From NCBI GenBank assembly GCA_043228905.1, contig JBHGNT010000008.1, positions 20,956,001-21,020,000 on the forward strand: 64,000 nt of DNA, given 5' to 3'. The translations under genes and the position numbers were made by a program. The stretch is from Azolla caroliniana (taxonomy: Eukaryota; Plantae; Polypodiophyta). A model generated the notes under the pieces. That model saw nothing but the letters and a program-made list of their open reading frames with translations. It did no database searches and was not told the origin of the DNA. Below, one piece after another: positions 1 to 12,810 of this stretch; the stretch's first letter is position 1, and each line of letters opens with the position of its first letter.

Positions 1-812
1 CCTATTGGGTCGATAAATCAACAAAAAGTAGAAAATAGAAGGAAAAACCAACAACGAAGTAACCTGATATAGATTGATAGAAGAACTATATCACAAATAG
101 CCCCTCGTGGATCTCTTCTCTTCTGCAAAGCGCTCTCGCTCTCGCTCTCGTACTTAGGCTCTATGTCTTTTCATTTGTTATTTTGCTCTCTTTGTTCTAT
201 GACGTCTCTGTGTATACCATTGTCTCTCTATGTGTTGCCTCTGTACTTAGAGTTATCTCTGTTTTCCCTCTTTCACTTGGTGTCTCAATCTCAGAGTTCT
301 ATCCCTCATTTTTCAACGCTCTCTCTCTTTTCTTATATGTTGTTTTTTTATTCTCTGTTACGTTGTTTTGTGTTTACACCTCGTTCTTCAGCCTTGTAGA
401 GTATCGTCTCTTTTCGTATTTGTATTCACACCTGAACATACAAAAAGACACACCAAAAACAACATAATAATAACATACATACATACTTGTCCACATGTAT
501 ATATATCCCACATATACATGCATATGTATATATATATTTGTAAATAGGTATATGTTAATATAGTTATAACTAATTATATCCTCTCTCCTTTTTTCTTTTC
601 ATCCCCAAGCCGAATCGGCACCCAACCTATTTGGCGCTTAGCCTGTAGGTGGCGGTCAACCGACTCTTGACATTCTGTCGATCCTTAGCCAGCTCTAAGT
701 GGGCTCTTCGACCTCAGCCGACTCTTAGTCGGCTGTTTGGGCCTAGCTGACTCTCAATCAGCTCTTTGACCATAACCGATTGTGGGCTCCACTTGACTGG
801 ATAGACCCAACA
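1..812 (-). repeat. 3' LTR (left-truncated by the window) of Tork/Tnt1-like Copia element J
   Basis: Aligns with 22339-23106. Minus strand starts TGTTGGG at 812, directly after a PPT (813-825, GGAGGGGGGGAAT on -). Confidence 0.85.
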
Positions 813-825
813 ATTCCCCCCCTCC

Positions 826-2209
826 AACTCAAGTGGGGGCCACAAGTAGGTTTGTCTTCCAAACTTCAAGCTTCTCCAAAGCTTTCTATTTCTCCTTTAT
901 GTAAGAACATCACATAATTATGTGAAGATCATGTTCATCTCATAGACCTGACCTGTTCCACCTCCGGTAGAGATGCTGAAACGTCATCTATCTAGTCACC
1001 TACAATTTGATGATCATGATCCTACCCATCATCATCATTAGCTACTTGATCAGCCATATCATCATACTCCTCCACATCTCCCTCGTGACCTTGGGTGTCT
1101 AGGGGTTGGAGTTGGACACTTGGTGATTGAGAAACAAAGGGTGAAATTTGGCATTTCATTTGGCTCCTCAGGAAATACCACATCCCTGTTTCTAATGACC
1201 TTCTTCTATAGGTCATATAGTGTATGGTTGGATTCCTCATAGCCATATCCCAGAAAATATGCATGGTTTACATTAGGATTGGATCTTTCATCTTTTAGAG
1301 GTGAACACGATCCCTACAACCGAACACTCTCAAGTGTTTGTATGACACCTCCTAATCAGTTCACACCCTCTCGGGTACATCATCATCCCAGAAAAAGATT
1401 GATGGAGACAGATTCATGAGGTCAACTATAGTCCTCATTGTTTCACTCCGAAAGTGTTTAGAAAATATTGAGTGTGATAGTATATATCTTATGCACTCAC
1501 AAATTGTCTTACTCATCCTCTCAGCCACACCATTGTGTTGAGGTGTTTTCAGAACACTCCTCCCAAGCCTAATACCATGCACACAACCATATTGCCAAAA
1601 TTGTCCCCCATGTTTAGCGCTATTATTCGCGCACGTACATTTCAGCTTGCATTAGGTAAAGGGAATTCCGTTTTAGACAATTTGCTAGGATTAGGGAATC
1701 GTTGGCGAGTTTCCATCGTCCTTCACCAAAGTAATTTTCATATCCCTCATCATCAAGCTTACCAATAGAGATGATGTTTAATGGAATATCTGGTACATGC
1801 CTTACATCCCTCAATACAAGTTTACTACCCCTAATGGAGACTAAGCCTACATCCCGTATGCCAACGGCCTCTGTCATACCGTGATTAGCCACTGGTATAT
1901 GACTCAAACATTTCCTGATACGAGGCTCGCGAGTTAATGACCCAATTAGTTTGTTGACATGCTAAACTATCACAAGAATCATCACAGACAATAATAACAT
2001 TGTCATCACATGTGGCGATTATAGGTTCATTTTTCTTGTCGTTATTGGTTCCATTCATTTGGTCCCTCTTCTTCTTCCTACAATCTCTTTCATAATGATT
2101 TGGACTACCACAATAACGACATGAGAAATCTTTCTTGAAGTCTTTCCTACTTCTAGATTTTGACCTCCCATCAACATTATTTCTGAGTATGGCTTCTTAC
2201 TCTATTGGG
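826..2209 (-). pseudogene. pol: Degenerate Copia gag C-terminus/protease/integrase of element J; RT and RNase H appear deleted
   Basis: Zinc knuckle CRYCGSPNHYERDC near 2080-2125; LVLRDVRHVPDIPLNIISIGKLDDEGY (1623-1907); integrase TPQHNGVAERMSKTI (1361-1582). Confidence 0.85.
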
Positions 2210-3990
2210 TGTTGTCGGGGTGGGGGGGTGAAGCCTAGAATGGCTTCACCCCCCTCCCAAGGGGGTTACGACAGTAAGAGAGCTAGAGAGAAAGAAAAAT
2301 TGAAAATGACACAAAATGAGAGGGGAAAAATGTATATTCCATTACATGCCCCATTAGGGGTTTATATAGTACATAGTGTAACGGTTAATAATATGACCGT
2401 TACATTCTTGTCACATGCACATAATTTTTCATGTGCTAGCACATACTCATCCTCACATACTCATTTACTTTACACATACACATCAACCACATCATTACAC
2501 ATACCCTTATGCCTCCCCGTATATTCTTAGGGGTAACACTTGGCACGCATGTGGGACAGTGCATTGCACGGTGAACCCACTCGCCATGGCAACTCTTCTC
2601 GACCGGAACTCCAATCGGTTGTCTCAACAGTCGGAAATCCCTCGACCGGATCACTGCTCTACGATCGGAGCTTTGCTTGACTTGAACCTTCTCGTTTGGT
2701 CAGCACAAGTCGCGATTGGATAATACACCAATCGACTAGTTCAATGTGGCATGGGTTGTGAAATCGTGTTGTGCATTTGTGTATTCTTCCTTTAATCATG
2801 TGAAGTGAGTTTAATATTTTTTACCCTTTGGTCTCTAAAATTTTTACCCTCAAATTTTTTGAAATTTTATTTTTGGCCCTTGTGTTTTAGAAATTCTCTC
2901 TTCTACCCTTATGTTTCTGAAATTTTCTCTTCATACCCCTCTTCTCTTCCTTCGTTTCCTTCTTATGTCTTTGTCTTTTGCTTGGTTGTCACTCGGTCGT
3001 ACTCTTGGTCGCGTATCTGGGCCGCACTCTCGACTGCACGTCTTGGCTGCGTGTCTCAGCCGTCTTTTCGACCACGCGTCTCGGTCGTAGTCTCGACCAT
3101 GCATCTCGATCGCGCTTCTTGGCCGTACTCTCGACCACGCGTCTCGGCTGTATTCTCGGCCACACGTCTCGGTCGTGCCCTCGGCCACGCATCTCGGCAG
3201 TGCTCTCGGTCGTGCGTCTGTAGTGGCATCAGCCATCTCCACGCCTTTGTGCTAGGCTGAGTCTCTCGTGTTCCCGGCCATCTCCGTTCTCAGCCGTCAC
3301 CATCTCTTGGTTGTCGGTCAACTGCTGAACCGGCCATCTGTTAGTTGTTTCTTTGTATGGTCACTATCTGTCACCATCTATCCGGCCGACTCTATAAGTC
3401 GTTAGGTCGGCCGCTACTATTAGGCGGGTTCTACCGCCGTCGATCTTCGTTCGTCTGCTCCGTCGGATGTCGAAGGACAGGCTCTTGGCTGACGCTTCTG
3501 TTTCAGTCGATTCTCAGCCCAGCCGTCTGACCGGCTCTCTCCGGCCGCCACCGTCTGTCGGTTGTCAAACTGGCTCTGTCCTACGACCGTCGTCGTCCAT
3601 TTGTCGGTCGGCCATGTCTGTTCGCAGGCCGGCTGTCGGACGTCATCCATCGCCGTTCGTCCGTGGCCGACTGTCCGTTCGGGCTTTGTCGGACCGTCTG
3701 TTGCCGTTTGTCGGCTTTGTCAAACGTCTACCGTCTGTATGGCTCTACTTCCACTGGTTGGCCATGTCTCGGTTGGCTGTCCGGCAACCAGCTTTGTTTG
3801 TTGGTTGTTTGGTCGACCATCGCCTGTCTCTGTCATCTACCGATTGGTGTTTGTTCAGCGCCGTCTACGGTCCTGAACCAAGAACGAAATAGCTTCGATT
3901 GGGCCCACTTGGGATTGAGCCACCACCATAACTTGAATCCAAATAACCAGCATATCCAGTATTGGCAGCATCAGGGCGAGGAGATGGTGG
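2210..3990 (-). mobile_element. Truncated non-autonomous LTR element L: 3' LTR 2210-2538 plus non-coding CTCGGCC-rich internal region
   Basis: LTR TGTTGTCGGGG...GGGTAACA is homologous to the LTRs of element I (46216, 48972); internal region resembles 46535-47900. Confidence 0.8.
2541..2580 (-). other. tRNA-Arg 3'-end-like motif at the PPT position (inverted PBS) of element L
   Basis: Minus strand reads GTGGGTTCACCGTGCAATGCACTGTCCCACATGCGTGCCA-AG-LTR. Confidence 0.8.
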
Positions 3991-5763
3991 TGCTGGTCAT
4001 CTATGTTTTCTCACAGACGAACAACGACAAATGGATGTTTAGCTGCAGACACCCCAGAGAACCAACACGACAAGACCGGCCAATCACAAGGTCCGTCACA
4101 CGCCAAGCAAAGGAATGCGCACGACAAAAGCCTCGCCTTAGCGACCTCAATACTACCTGTGGTGATTACAAAGGTGATTCTTCGCTCTCCAAATACCTCG
4201 ACGATATGCGGGGAGCATGCTCACCACAGCAACATTGTGGTCTTTCTCGACCCACCGTAGCCCCTAGCATTTCCTTTGCCTATCCCCGCTTTAATGGCGA
4301 AACCGACACCGCAACCCATATTCGCATGTTCCTCAATGTTTGGAATGTGAACCACATGGCGTAGAGCCTTTCGGAGGCGGTAGCGCACCAGTCGAAAATG
4401 ACGGAGTTCGGGTTAACATTGGATGGGCGAGCGGCATTTTGGCATTCACAGATGGATTTGCCAGCAATCACAACCTTCGATCAGCTGCAGTCCGCTTTCT
4501 TGTAGTTCTTCCATCGGAGGGTTCTACACGATTAAGCAACTGCCAACCGAGACGATCGCAGACTTCAACTTACGTTTCCAAAATTTACGGCGGAAACTAG
4601 AACGGAGCCCCGCGGAGGACGAGGTCGAGAGACATTTCTGGCAGCAGTACGCCGACCCATACGGGCAACGCTCAACAATAGTAGCGTGAAAGGGGAAACG
4701 ACGGATATGTTCATTGAACGAGCGTTACAGCTCGAGTTGAGCGACAATGAGGATCGGCTAGCCAGGGTCGGCAGACAGAGAAATGCCGGTGTACGCCGAG
4801 TGGGGAGAGAGCTACCCCCATTAAACACGGCCCTAATCGAAGTCCATGGGGAACTAGCAAAGGTCAACACGGGCGCCAAGGAGATGGCCATTAAAAATAA
4901 GAATGTTTGGAAGAAGGTTAAAATGACCCAAGCCGAGCTGCAAAGAGCCAACGAACGCATCGCGGAGTTGGAATCTAACGCGACTACGGCGCAACAGGTA
5001 ACTCTGCCACCAAACCACGCCATCGACGCTTTCAAGGAAGAAATTGAGGCTCAGACCGCTATTGCCTCAAAAGAAAAAAGGATCGTGCAATAGCGGAATC
5101 AGAAATTGACCGCCTTCGAGCTGAATTGCGCCAATCCTCAAACAGGGAAAAGGAGATCCGGGCTAACAGCCGGAAGGTAGTAAAAACCCTTGAAGAGAAA
5201 CTTGTTGCAGAGGTAGCACAGCACATCCGGACAAAAGAAGAAACCGCCCAATTACAGGATGAAGCGAAGAAATCGGAGGCAGCAACCGCAGGACTCCGGA
5301 CCTTATTGGAAAAAAGGAAGGTATGGTTCGACGAGCAGCTGGTGGTCGAACAGGAAAGAAGGCATCAGCTCGAAATCTGCCTAAACAATGAAATGGGGAA
5401 ATTAAAAGAACACCATGCAAAGGAATCCCAGTTGTGGGCGGGCCTGAAGACCACGTACAAAGAAGCGGCGGCGGTTAGGTACCAAGAAATTGCAAAACCT
5501 CAAGAAGTCGGTGGAGGACGCACGCAACCGTTGCCAGGCCATCACAGACAACGTGTGTATCCTTCTACAAACAAATCGGGAGAGGTTCACAGCGCAATTG
5601 AAAACGACACTATACAAAGGATGGATGGTGTGGGCAATCCAAGTAGCGGAATTGCACGCGTATCGTGCGGACTGGGAGAACCGGCGAAAAGACGGCCGAA
5701 GTTTCTATAAACTAAATGAGGAGAGTATTGCGGTCGTACGCGAGGACCTAGCACAAGACTATC
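3990..5763 (+). mobile_element. Internally deleted fragment of the K Gypsy family: leader plus gag N-terminus fused to the 3' extra ORF
   Basis: FNGETDTATHIRMFLNVWN matches K gag (20964-21392); EDRLARVGRQRNAG... matches the K extra ORF (8448-9257). Confidence 0.85.
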
Positions 5764-6310
5764 GTGTAGTCCCAAGCGTCACAACAAGGGTTTCCCAACT
5801 ATCTGGGAGAGAGCCTAACAATAACAAAGTCAACACCTCATTTGCTAGAGGTATTTCTAGCAAAACTGTTTGACTTATAAGTCCTTGAAACATGTTTAGA
5901 TGCTCTACCATACTAGAGCCATCTTGATATCTAAGTATTACAAGTTTCCTAAACACAGAGACTCTATTTAAGGGATTTTTGGTCGGAAACATAGTTTTGA
6001 TTTTAGTGTGCTTTGGTTTCATCAACGATATGAAGCGGCTCATCAATTTGTCGTCCGACATCTTGTCGCTCGGGCTACAACGATGGTGAAGGCTTTCTAC
6101 ACTCATGTCTATAAAACAACGTATGTATAATGTTATTTTTGGATGCATTGCTTCCCAAGTTAATGCATCTATGTTCTCGGGTTTGCTCATACCATGTCTT
6201 ACGGGAAACGATATGTCGTTACATACCAACATGTTCCTCATTTTGGACTTCCAAATGGAGTAGTTGGATCTTGACAGCTTAATCATCCTGCCTAATGATT
6301 CATCCATATT
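5764..6310 (-). pseudogene. gag: Copia gag N-terminal part (element J)
   Basis: MIKLSRSNYSIWKSKMRNML...LLLLGSLPDSWETLVVTL is typical Tnt1/Tork gag. Confidence 0.85.
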
Positions 6311-6339
6311 CCAAGTCTTTGTGGAGAGTATGAACCTCA

Positions 6340-6351
6340 GTTTTGATACCA
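6340..6351 (-). promoter_or_regulatory. PBS (tRNA-iMet) of element J
   Basis: TGGTATCAAAAC on - strand, 2 nt from the LTR end. Confidence 0.8.
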
Positions 6352-6353
6352 CT

Positions 6354-6678
6354 TGGTGGGAATATGAGACTAAATCGGGATGATTTAAACTTCAAACACA
6401 ATTAACAAATAGATGAAACCACAAGACGAAAAATGAGAGTACACCAAAAATTTTAACGTGGAAAAGACAAAATAGGGAAACACCACAGGAACCGTAGGTT
6501 CTGAACAACATTACTATGATCTGAATACAATGGAATACAACCTCACTAGAGGAGTGTATCTACCTCAAGGCAATGACCTTGGTTACAACCTTCACCCAAT
6601 CGGGTGTATAGAATAACAAACATTACAATTGAGTATAGTCTCTCTTATTTGAACTAGACAAAATGAACTAGCCTTAAG
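6354..6678 (-). repeat. 5' LTR of element J, U5-side part (interrupted by K)
   Basis: Adjacent to the PBS; its ~110-bp repeat unit continues at 22088. Confidence 0.8.
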
Positions 6679-7117
6679 TGTTGCCTCTTAGGAACACGGT
6701 CCGTGGTCAGTCCTTCGACCTAGACCCCAAGCTGGGTGTGGAACAACAAACAAGGCTTAAGCGTACTGCGTAAGGAGAGAACCTCTATAATTCCTCCACG
6801 TGTAAGGGAAGACGGCTACAACCGACTCCTTATCACAGGTTACACTTACATACTACTACGCTTATGTATCCGAGACACAGACACTGAATTATCCACAACT
6901 ATCCACAGAAACTCAGAGAAGATAGCATTCTATTATTAGGCGTTCTTTTACATTTCCCAAAATTTACACGCACCTCCATAAGAGGTTTTCTGCCCTTTAT
7001 ATATGCAGGGTCTAATTAGCCATTCACGCTTCTCGTGTGAACCGTTACATACGTTATGCTTATATAGTTTCTTATTCCTACGCTTTTGGCCGTCAGTTAC
7101 CATTCCGGCGGACAACA
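6679..7117 (-). repeat. 3' LTR of K
   Basis: Direct repeat of 21649-22087. Confidence 0.95.
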
Positions 7118-7119
7118 CC

Positions 7120-7160
7120 TAGCACGCCTGTGGGACAGTGCCTTTGCACGTCAGACCCAT
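7120..7160 (-). other. tRNA-Arg 3'-end-like motif at the PPT position of K
   Basis: Minus strand reads ATGGGTCTGACGTGCAAAGGCACTGTCCCACAGGCGTGCTA-GG-LTR; no polypurine run abuts the LTR. Confidence 0.8.
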
Positions 7161-7164
7161 CCCG

Positions 7165-10100
7165 TTAATCTTCTTCCAAAATGGCCCGGATGTTCGGCTC
7201 TATTGTGGTGTCCTCGTCCGGAGTTGATGTAGGGCCCGTAGGTGCATCGTGGTGCGGCTCCTCTGCTTGGTCGGCCTGGTTTCTCCCGGAGTCGCCTTCG
7301 TCGTGTGCAGGTGGTCCGGTTACGGTGGGCTGTTCTTGAATTAGTGGGTTGGGCTCCGCCGTTGGCGTGCTTGCAGTCGGCTGTAGCTCAGCCCCTATTG
7401 TTACGTCCTCCGTGGTGTTGGCCGTTTTTGTGTGTCCCTGGGCGTGGGGCGGGGATTCCGCCTGGTCCGCACTATTTTCCGCATTTTCTGAAGATGGTGT
7501 GGGCTGGTGCGGCTGGACCTCTTGTTGGTTAATGGTTTCGCTGTCTGGTCCTGTGGGGAACTCCGCTCGATCGCCCCCGCTATTCTCCCCCATTGTCATC
7601 CCTGGTGATCGGGCCTGAGGTTCCTCTTCTTCGGTTGTGACTGGAATTGGTGTCCCGCTGGGTTCCTCGTTTGTGTGTGTGTTGCCAATATGTGTGATTT
7701 GGTGAAATAGCTCCTCCTGACTCTCACCAAAATCATCTAGGAGTTGTGCGAGTTCTTCGGAGTGTTGGTTTGTTAACGCGCGATAGTCTTGCGCTAGGTC
7801 CTCCCATACAGTCGCAATTCTCTCCTCGTTCAGCTTATAAAACCCTCGGTCGTCTTTCCGTCGGTTCTCCCAGTCCGCACGATACGCATGCAATTCTGCT
7901 ACTTGGGTTGCCCACGCCATCCATCCTTTGTCCAGCGCCGTTTTCAATTGCGTTGTGAACCTTTCCTGGTTGGTTTGGAGAAGGATGCGCAAGTTATCCG
8001 TGATGGCCTGGCAGCGGTTGCGTGCGTCTTCCATCGACTTCTAGAGATTCGCGATTTCCTACTGTTTAACGGTTGCCGCTTCCTCATATGTGGCCTTCAG
8101 GCCCGCCCACAGCTGGGACTCCTTTGCATGTTCTTTTAATTTCCCCATTTCATTGTTTAGGCGGATTTCGAGTTGATGCCTTCTCTCTTGTTCGACCACC
8201 AACTGCTCATCGAACCATACCTTCTTCTTTTCTAATAAGGCCCGAAGTCCCGCTATTGCTGCCTCTGATTTCTTCGCATCCTCTCGTAATTGGGCATTGT
8301 CGTCTTTTGTCCGGATGTGTTGGGCTACCTCCGTAGCTAGTTTCTCTTCAAGAGTTTTTACGGCCTTTCGTCCGTTAGTCCGTATCTCCTTTTCTCTGTT
8401 AGAGGATTGGCGTAGTTCTGCTCGAAGACGGTCAATTTCGGATTCCGCTAGTTGCACGACCCTTTTTGTTTTTGAGGCGATGGCGGTCTGAGCCTCGATT
8501 TCTTCTTTGAGAGTGTTGATAACGTGGTTCGGTGGCGGGGTTTCATGTCGCGCTGTAGTCGCGTGAGCTTCCAACTCCGCGATGCGTGCGTTGGCCTTTT
8601 GTAGTTCGCTTCGGTTAGTTTAACCTTCTTCCATACATTCTTATTTTTTATGGCCATCTCCTTGGCGCCCGTGCTGACCTTTGCCAGTTCCCGATGGACT
8701 TCGACTAGGGCCGTGTTTAAGGGTGGTATCTCCATCTCTACTCGCCGTACCCCGGCATTCCTTTGTCTGCCGACTCTGGCTAGCCGGTCCTCATCGTCGC
8801 TCTCCGTTGTTTGTATTAGGGCGCACTCTATCATCTGATGTACCGCGTGCTCCTCGGCCATTCGTTGGGCGGCTTTGACCTGTTGTGTTGCCAGGAACTC
8901 CATGAGCTCGAAAGAGGTACCGAGCTGTAAGAGGGCACTGAATTCGTGGGCCGTATCCGGGATATCCGGATATGCCAAAACCTCGCTTTCCACCATCAAT
9001 ACGGCTTTCCCTCGTTGGGACTGAGTCGTAATAATCGGCCGCGGCTCCTGGATGATTGCGAAGGTGGTATTCGGCTCTGCTATTGCAGAGCCTTCGCCTT
9101 TGGTCGATGCCTCCGGAGCCATGGGGGCGTTTTTTACCAACCCCCGCCCATCTTTCCTATCCAATCTGCGTCGTTTTGGTCTAGGGCTTTCCCGCCGTGC
9201 TTCGGTGTCTGGTTCTGGGGCTGCTTCCATGGTCTGACTCGGCTGTTCGTCCTGCATCGCCCGTGTGTCCGGCTAGTCGGTAGGAGGTGTTGTCCTTGGG
9301 CCTGGTTGGGCTGGTTGGGATTCCTCCTCCCACTCTGGGGCCGCTAACTCCGCTAACCTGTGTTTCGCGAAGCGGGGCAGGGTCGTGGGTTGGCTGGGCT
9401 GCGGTGCTGGCAGGCCTCGGGGTGGAAACAATATCGTAAGGTATTGTTGGATGATTGGCCTGAGCTTTTTGCCTGCTTGGTACGCATGCAAGCCTTCCCT
9501 GAACGTCGGCCTTGTGATGACCCCCCAATCGACTGTACGCCCTTCAAAGGTGTCGATAATGATGCCCGCCTTCTGCTTAGGCATCTTGTAAGCGTTGACA
9601 TGGACGCAGCCGACTTCCAGTAGGAACTTGGCAACTTCACGGAAGAAGGGATCCAGAATCTTTGTTCTATAGGCCTTGGCGGAGGATAAATATGGGCCAA
9701 AATACCGCTGCAGCGCCTATGTAGGAGGTATTTCGAAATGTCTTTCACCTAGTGAGGATAGGTCTAACTTCTTCCGAATGGAAGAGTTGGTGACCGTGTC
9801 GATGTTAAGCCGCCTGGCGTCCGGGTGCAGAGGTGCTTCTGCGACCCGAATGTAACCATCTAGGCGCTTCTCCACGAGCCATCGGCGTAGGGCAGTAGAG
9901 ATGAAGATCGGCATCGCCAGAGTAGGTTCATGGAGTGGAGACGGGTAGCAATGGTGAGTTGGAGCTCTGAGATAGGATGGGGAAGAAGGTGAGGAGGAGC
10001 GATGGGCGCGCTGATAGCTAGACGATGGGTTTCTGCTTTGTGTAGAAAATCTTATGTTTCCTTCTTTTTGTGGCTTAGTGTTCATTGGGCGATGAGCCAT
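7165..10100 (-). pseudogene. Extra ORF 3' of pol in K, roughly 950-1000 codons, frameshifted: globular N-terminus, Pro-rich linker, coiled coil, acidic tail
   Basis: Consecutive same-strand ORF pieces 9717-10100, 9273-9584, 8448-9257, 8059-8574, 7165-8034; homologous copies at 4740-5763 and 24740-25299. Confidence 0.8.
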
Positions 10101-10264
10101 CGTGGTGTCGCGTGTTCTTGAACTAGGAGTTTGTGCATGCCTTTAGTCGTTTTAATAGTCGCTATCTTCTCTCTTCTTTTTTTTCTTCTTCTTTTTTTTT
10201 TTTTTTTTTGTAACGGTTATTTACAACCTATTTTTACATTATAGGACAAATGGGACTGTCCATT

Positions 10265-12810
10265 TTACGTTGCGGGTTCTCCGGCTTTGTCCCTTACGGC
10301 GGTGAATGGGTTAGGTGGCGTAGGGCCCAGGTAAGGTTTGAGCCGAAACCCATTCACTTTTTGCCGTACTATTTCTCCAGCCAGCGTTCCTAGTTGGAAC
10401 GTGCCCTGTTCCGCTCCAATTATCCAGTATGGGCCGGTCCAGTAGAAACGTAGCTTCCCCGGCATCTGACCCATGCGCGTTTGAAAAACTAGCACCGCTC
10501 GGCCCACGGCAAACTCCTTTTCCCCCCTAGTTCGAGGAGTTGGTAGAGTCGTTCCTCCTCCGACTTGGCTTCTGATAATCGGTTCCGTACCTGAATGCGC
10601 AAACTAGGTACCCGAAATTCGATCAGCATCACAACCTCTAGTCCAAACGCTAGCCGAAACGGTGTTGACTGGATGCTGGTTTTGTAACTAGTTCTGTACG
10701 CCCATAATGCACTCTGGAGTTTGGTATCCCAGTCTGTTCTATTTTCATTGACAGTTTTCTTCAAAATGGTCTGTAAAGTTTTGTTTGTGGATTCCGCTAA
10801 TCCATTCGCCTGCGGGTAGTATGGCGTGCTCTTCTTGTGGACTACTACGTAATGTTGTGTTAGTTCCCGAACCACCGTATTGAGGAAGTGGCTCCCCTGG
10901 TCGCTGATGAGCTCAATCAGACAGACGAACTGGCACTAGATGTGATCATAAAGAAATTTGGTTGTGACGGCCGCCGTATTTTCCCATAGTGCCTTTGCTT
11001 CTACCCATTTGCTGCAGTAATCCGTGGCTACCAATATGTATTTGTTGCCCGTACGGGCAGCTGCTGGCGTGAAGGGCCCCACAAAATCCAATCCCCACTT
11101 TTGGAAAGGGTCCAGCGGTAATATAGGTTGGTGTGGCATCCTTGCGTCCTCCGCGAGCTGAGCCATCCGCTGGCACAAATCACACACCTTCTACAATACT
11201 CGGATGCGTCCTTCTGCGTTGTTGGCCACCATAAGCCCGCCTGCCATACTTTGCGAGCTGTCACGTTGCCCGCGTAATGGCCGTCGACCGCGCCGCAATG
11301 TGCCTCCTGTAAAACTGCTTCTTTCTCATCCTGACAGACTCCACGTCGCCAAATGCCGTCACTTCCTTTGTGATATAAATTCCCTTCGACCAGGCAGAAG
11401 TGACGGCTTCGGACGGCTAGTCGTTTCTTCTCGTCTGTGCGTAATTGTGGTGGAGGTAATCATGTAGTTAAAAAGTACGTCATCTCCATAACCCATCGAT
11501 CCGGAAAGGTGGCTTCCTTTTTTTCTACAAATGTCGCTACTCGCCAGATGTTGGCGTCCGGAAAATCGTCGTCGTCTTTCTGTACTGTTTCTCCATTCTC
11601 AAGTCTGCTCAAAAAATCCGCCACTGCGTGTTGCGTCCCTGGCCGGTGCTGAATTATGAACTCGAATTCCTGGAGCAACAGCATCCACCACGCCAATTTC
11701 CCTGTCAGGGCTTGTTTCTCCACCAAATACAATAATGCCGAATAATCCACGTGGAACGTGAATTTCCGTCCTAGCAAATAATGTCGGAATTTATTGATGC
11801 TATAGATCATCCCTAGCGCCTCCCGCTCTGTTGTGGAATAGTTACGCTCTGATGCTGACAATTTACGACTTGCGTAGTATATTGGCCTATACCAGTTTTG
11901 TTCGGTGAGTTGCATTAGCGCGCTTCCTATTGCTATGTCCGAGGCGTCGACGAACACGTGGAATGGCTTCGCACAAACTGGAGGTTGTACGACGGGGGCT
12001 TGTGTGAGCATTATCTTAAGTGCCTCATAGGCCTTATCCTCTGTTGCAGTCCATTGGAAAGGAGTCCGATGTATGGTTGCGTGTAGTGGCATGGCAAAGT
12101 CCGCCAAATACCGTATCATCCGACTATGCCACCATATTTGGCCCAGAAATCGGCTAAGCGATTTGGCATTAGTCGGAGTTTTAGCTTGCATAATAGCGGA
12201 GATCTTGTTTGGGTCGACCGCTATTCCTTCTTTGCTGACAATGTAGCCTAGGAGGGTCCCACTGGTCACGCCAAAGGCACATTTTGCGGGATTCAGGCTT
12301 AAGCGTGCCGTGCGGCAACGTTCCAAGCACAGACGTAAGTGCGAAAAATGGTCTTTTGTTTGCCCATATACTGCAAAATCGTCTAAAAAGACTTGCATGA
12401 ATGCCCAAAGATCTCTGTAATCGTTCGTTGAAATGTTGTCGGCGCTGTCTTTAGACCGAACATCATGACGACCGCCACATATACTCCCCAATCCGTGACA
12501 AACGTCGTCTTCTCCTGGTCCTCAGGGTGCATGCGTACTTGGTTATAGCCACTGAAGCCATCTAAGAAACTGTTCATCACATGGCCTATGTCGGCGTCCA
12601 ACACGCTATCGGTGAAGGGTAAGGGAAATGCGTCTATAATAGTTACGGCGTTTAAATTTCGGTAATCCACGCATACCCGTATTTTGCCGTTTTTCTTTGG
12701 GACAACCACTAATGGGCTTAGCCATCTCGCTTGTTTAACTGGCCGTATGAACCCCACCCTCAACAGCTTGTCAATTTCTTCTTTCACGCGGGTCGCATAA
12801 TTGCGGAAGC
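10265..12810 (-). pseudogene. pol: K pol: RT, RNase H, integrase with GPY motif
   Basis: [61 protein letters not shown]. Confidence 0.95.

Noticed and set aside
7165-10100. Retroviral-type env gene
   Set aside because: The position fits, but no signal peptide or transmembrane stretch is visible.
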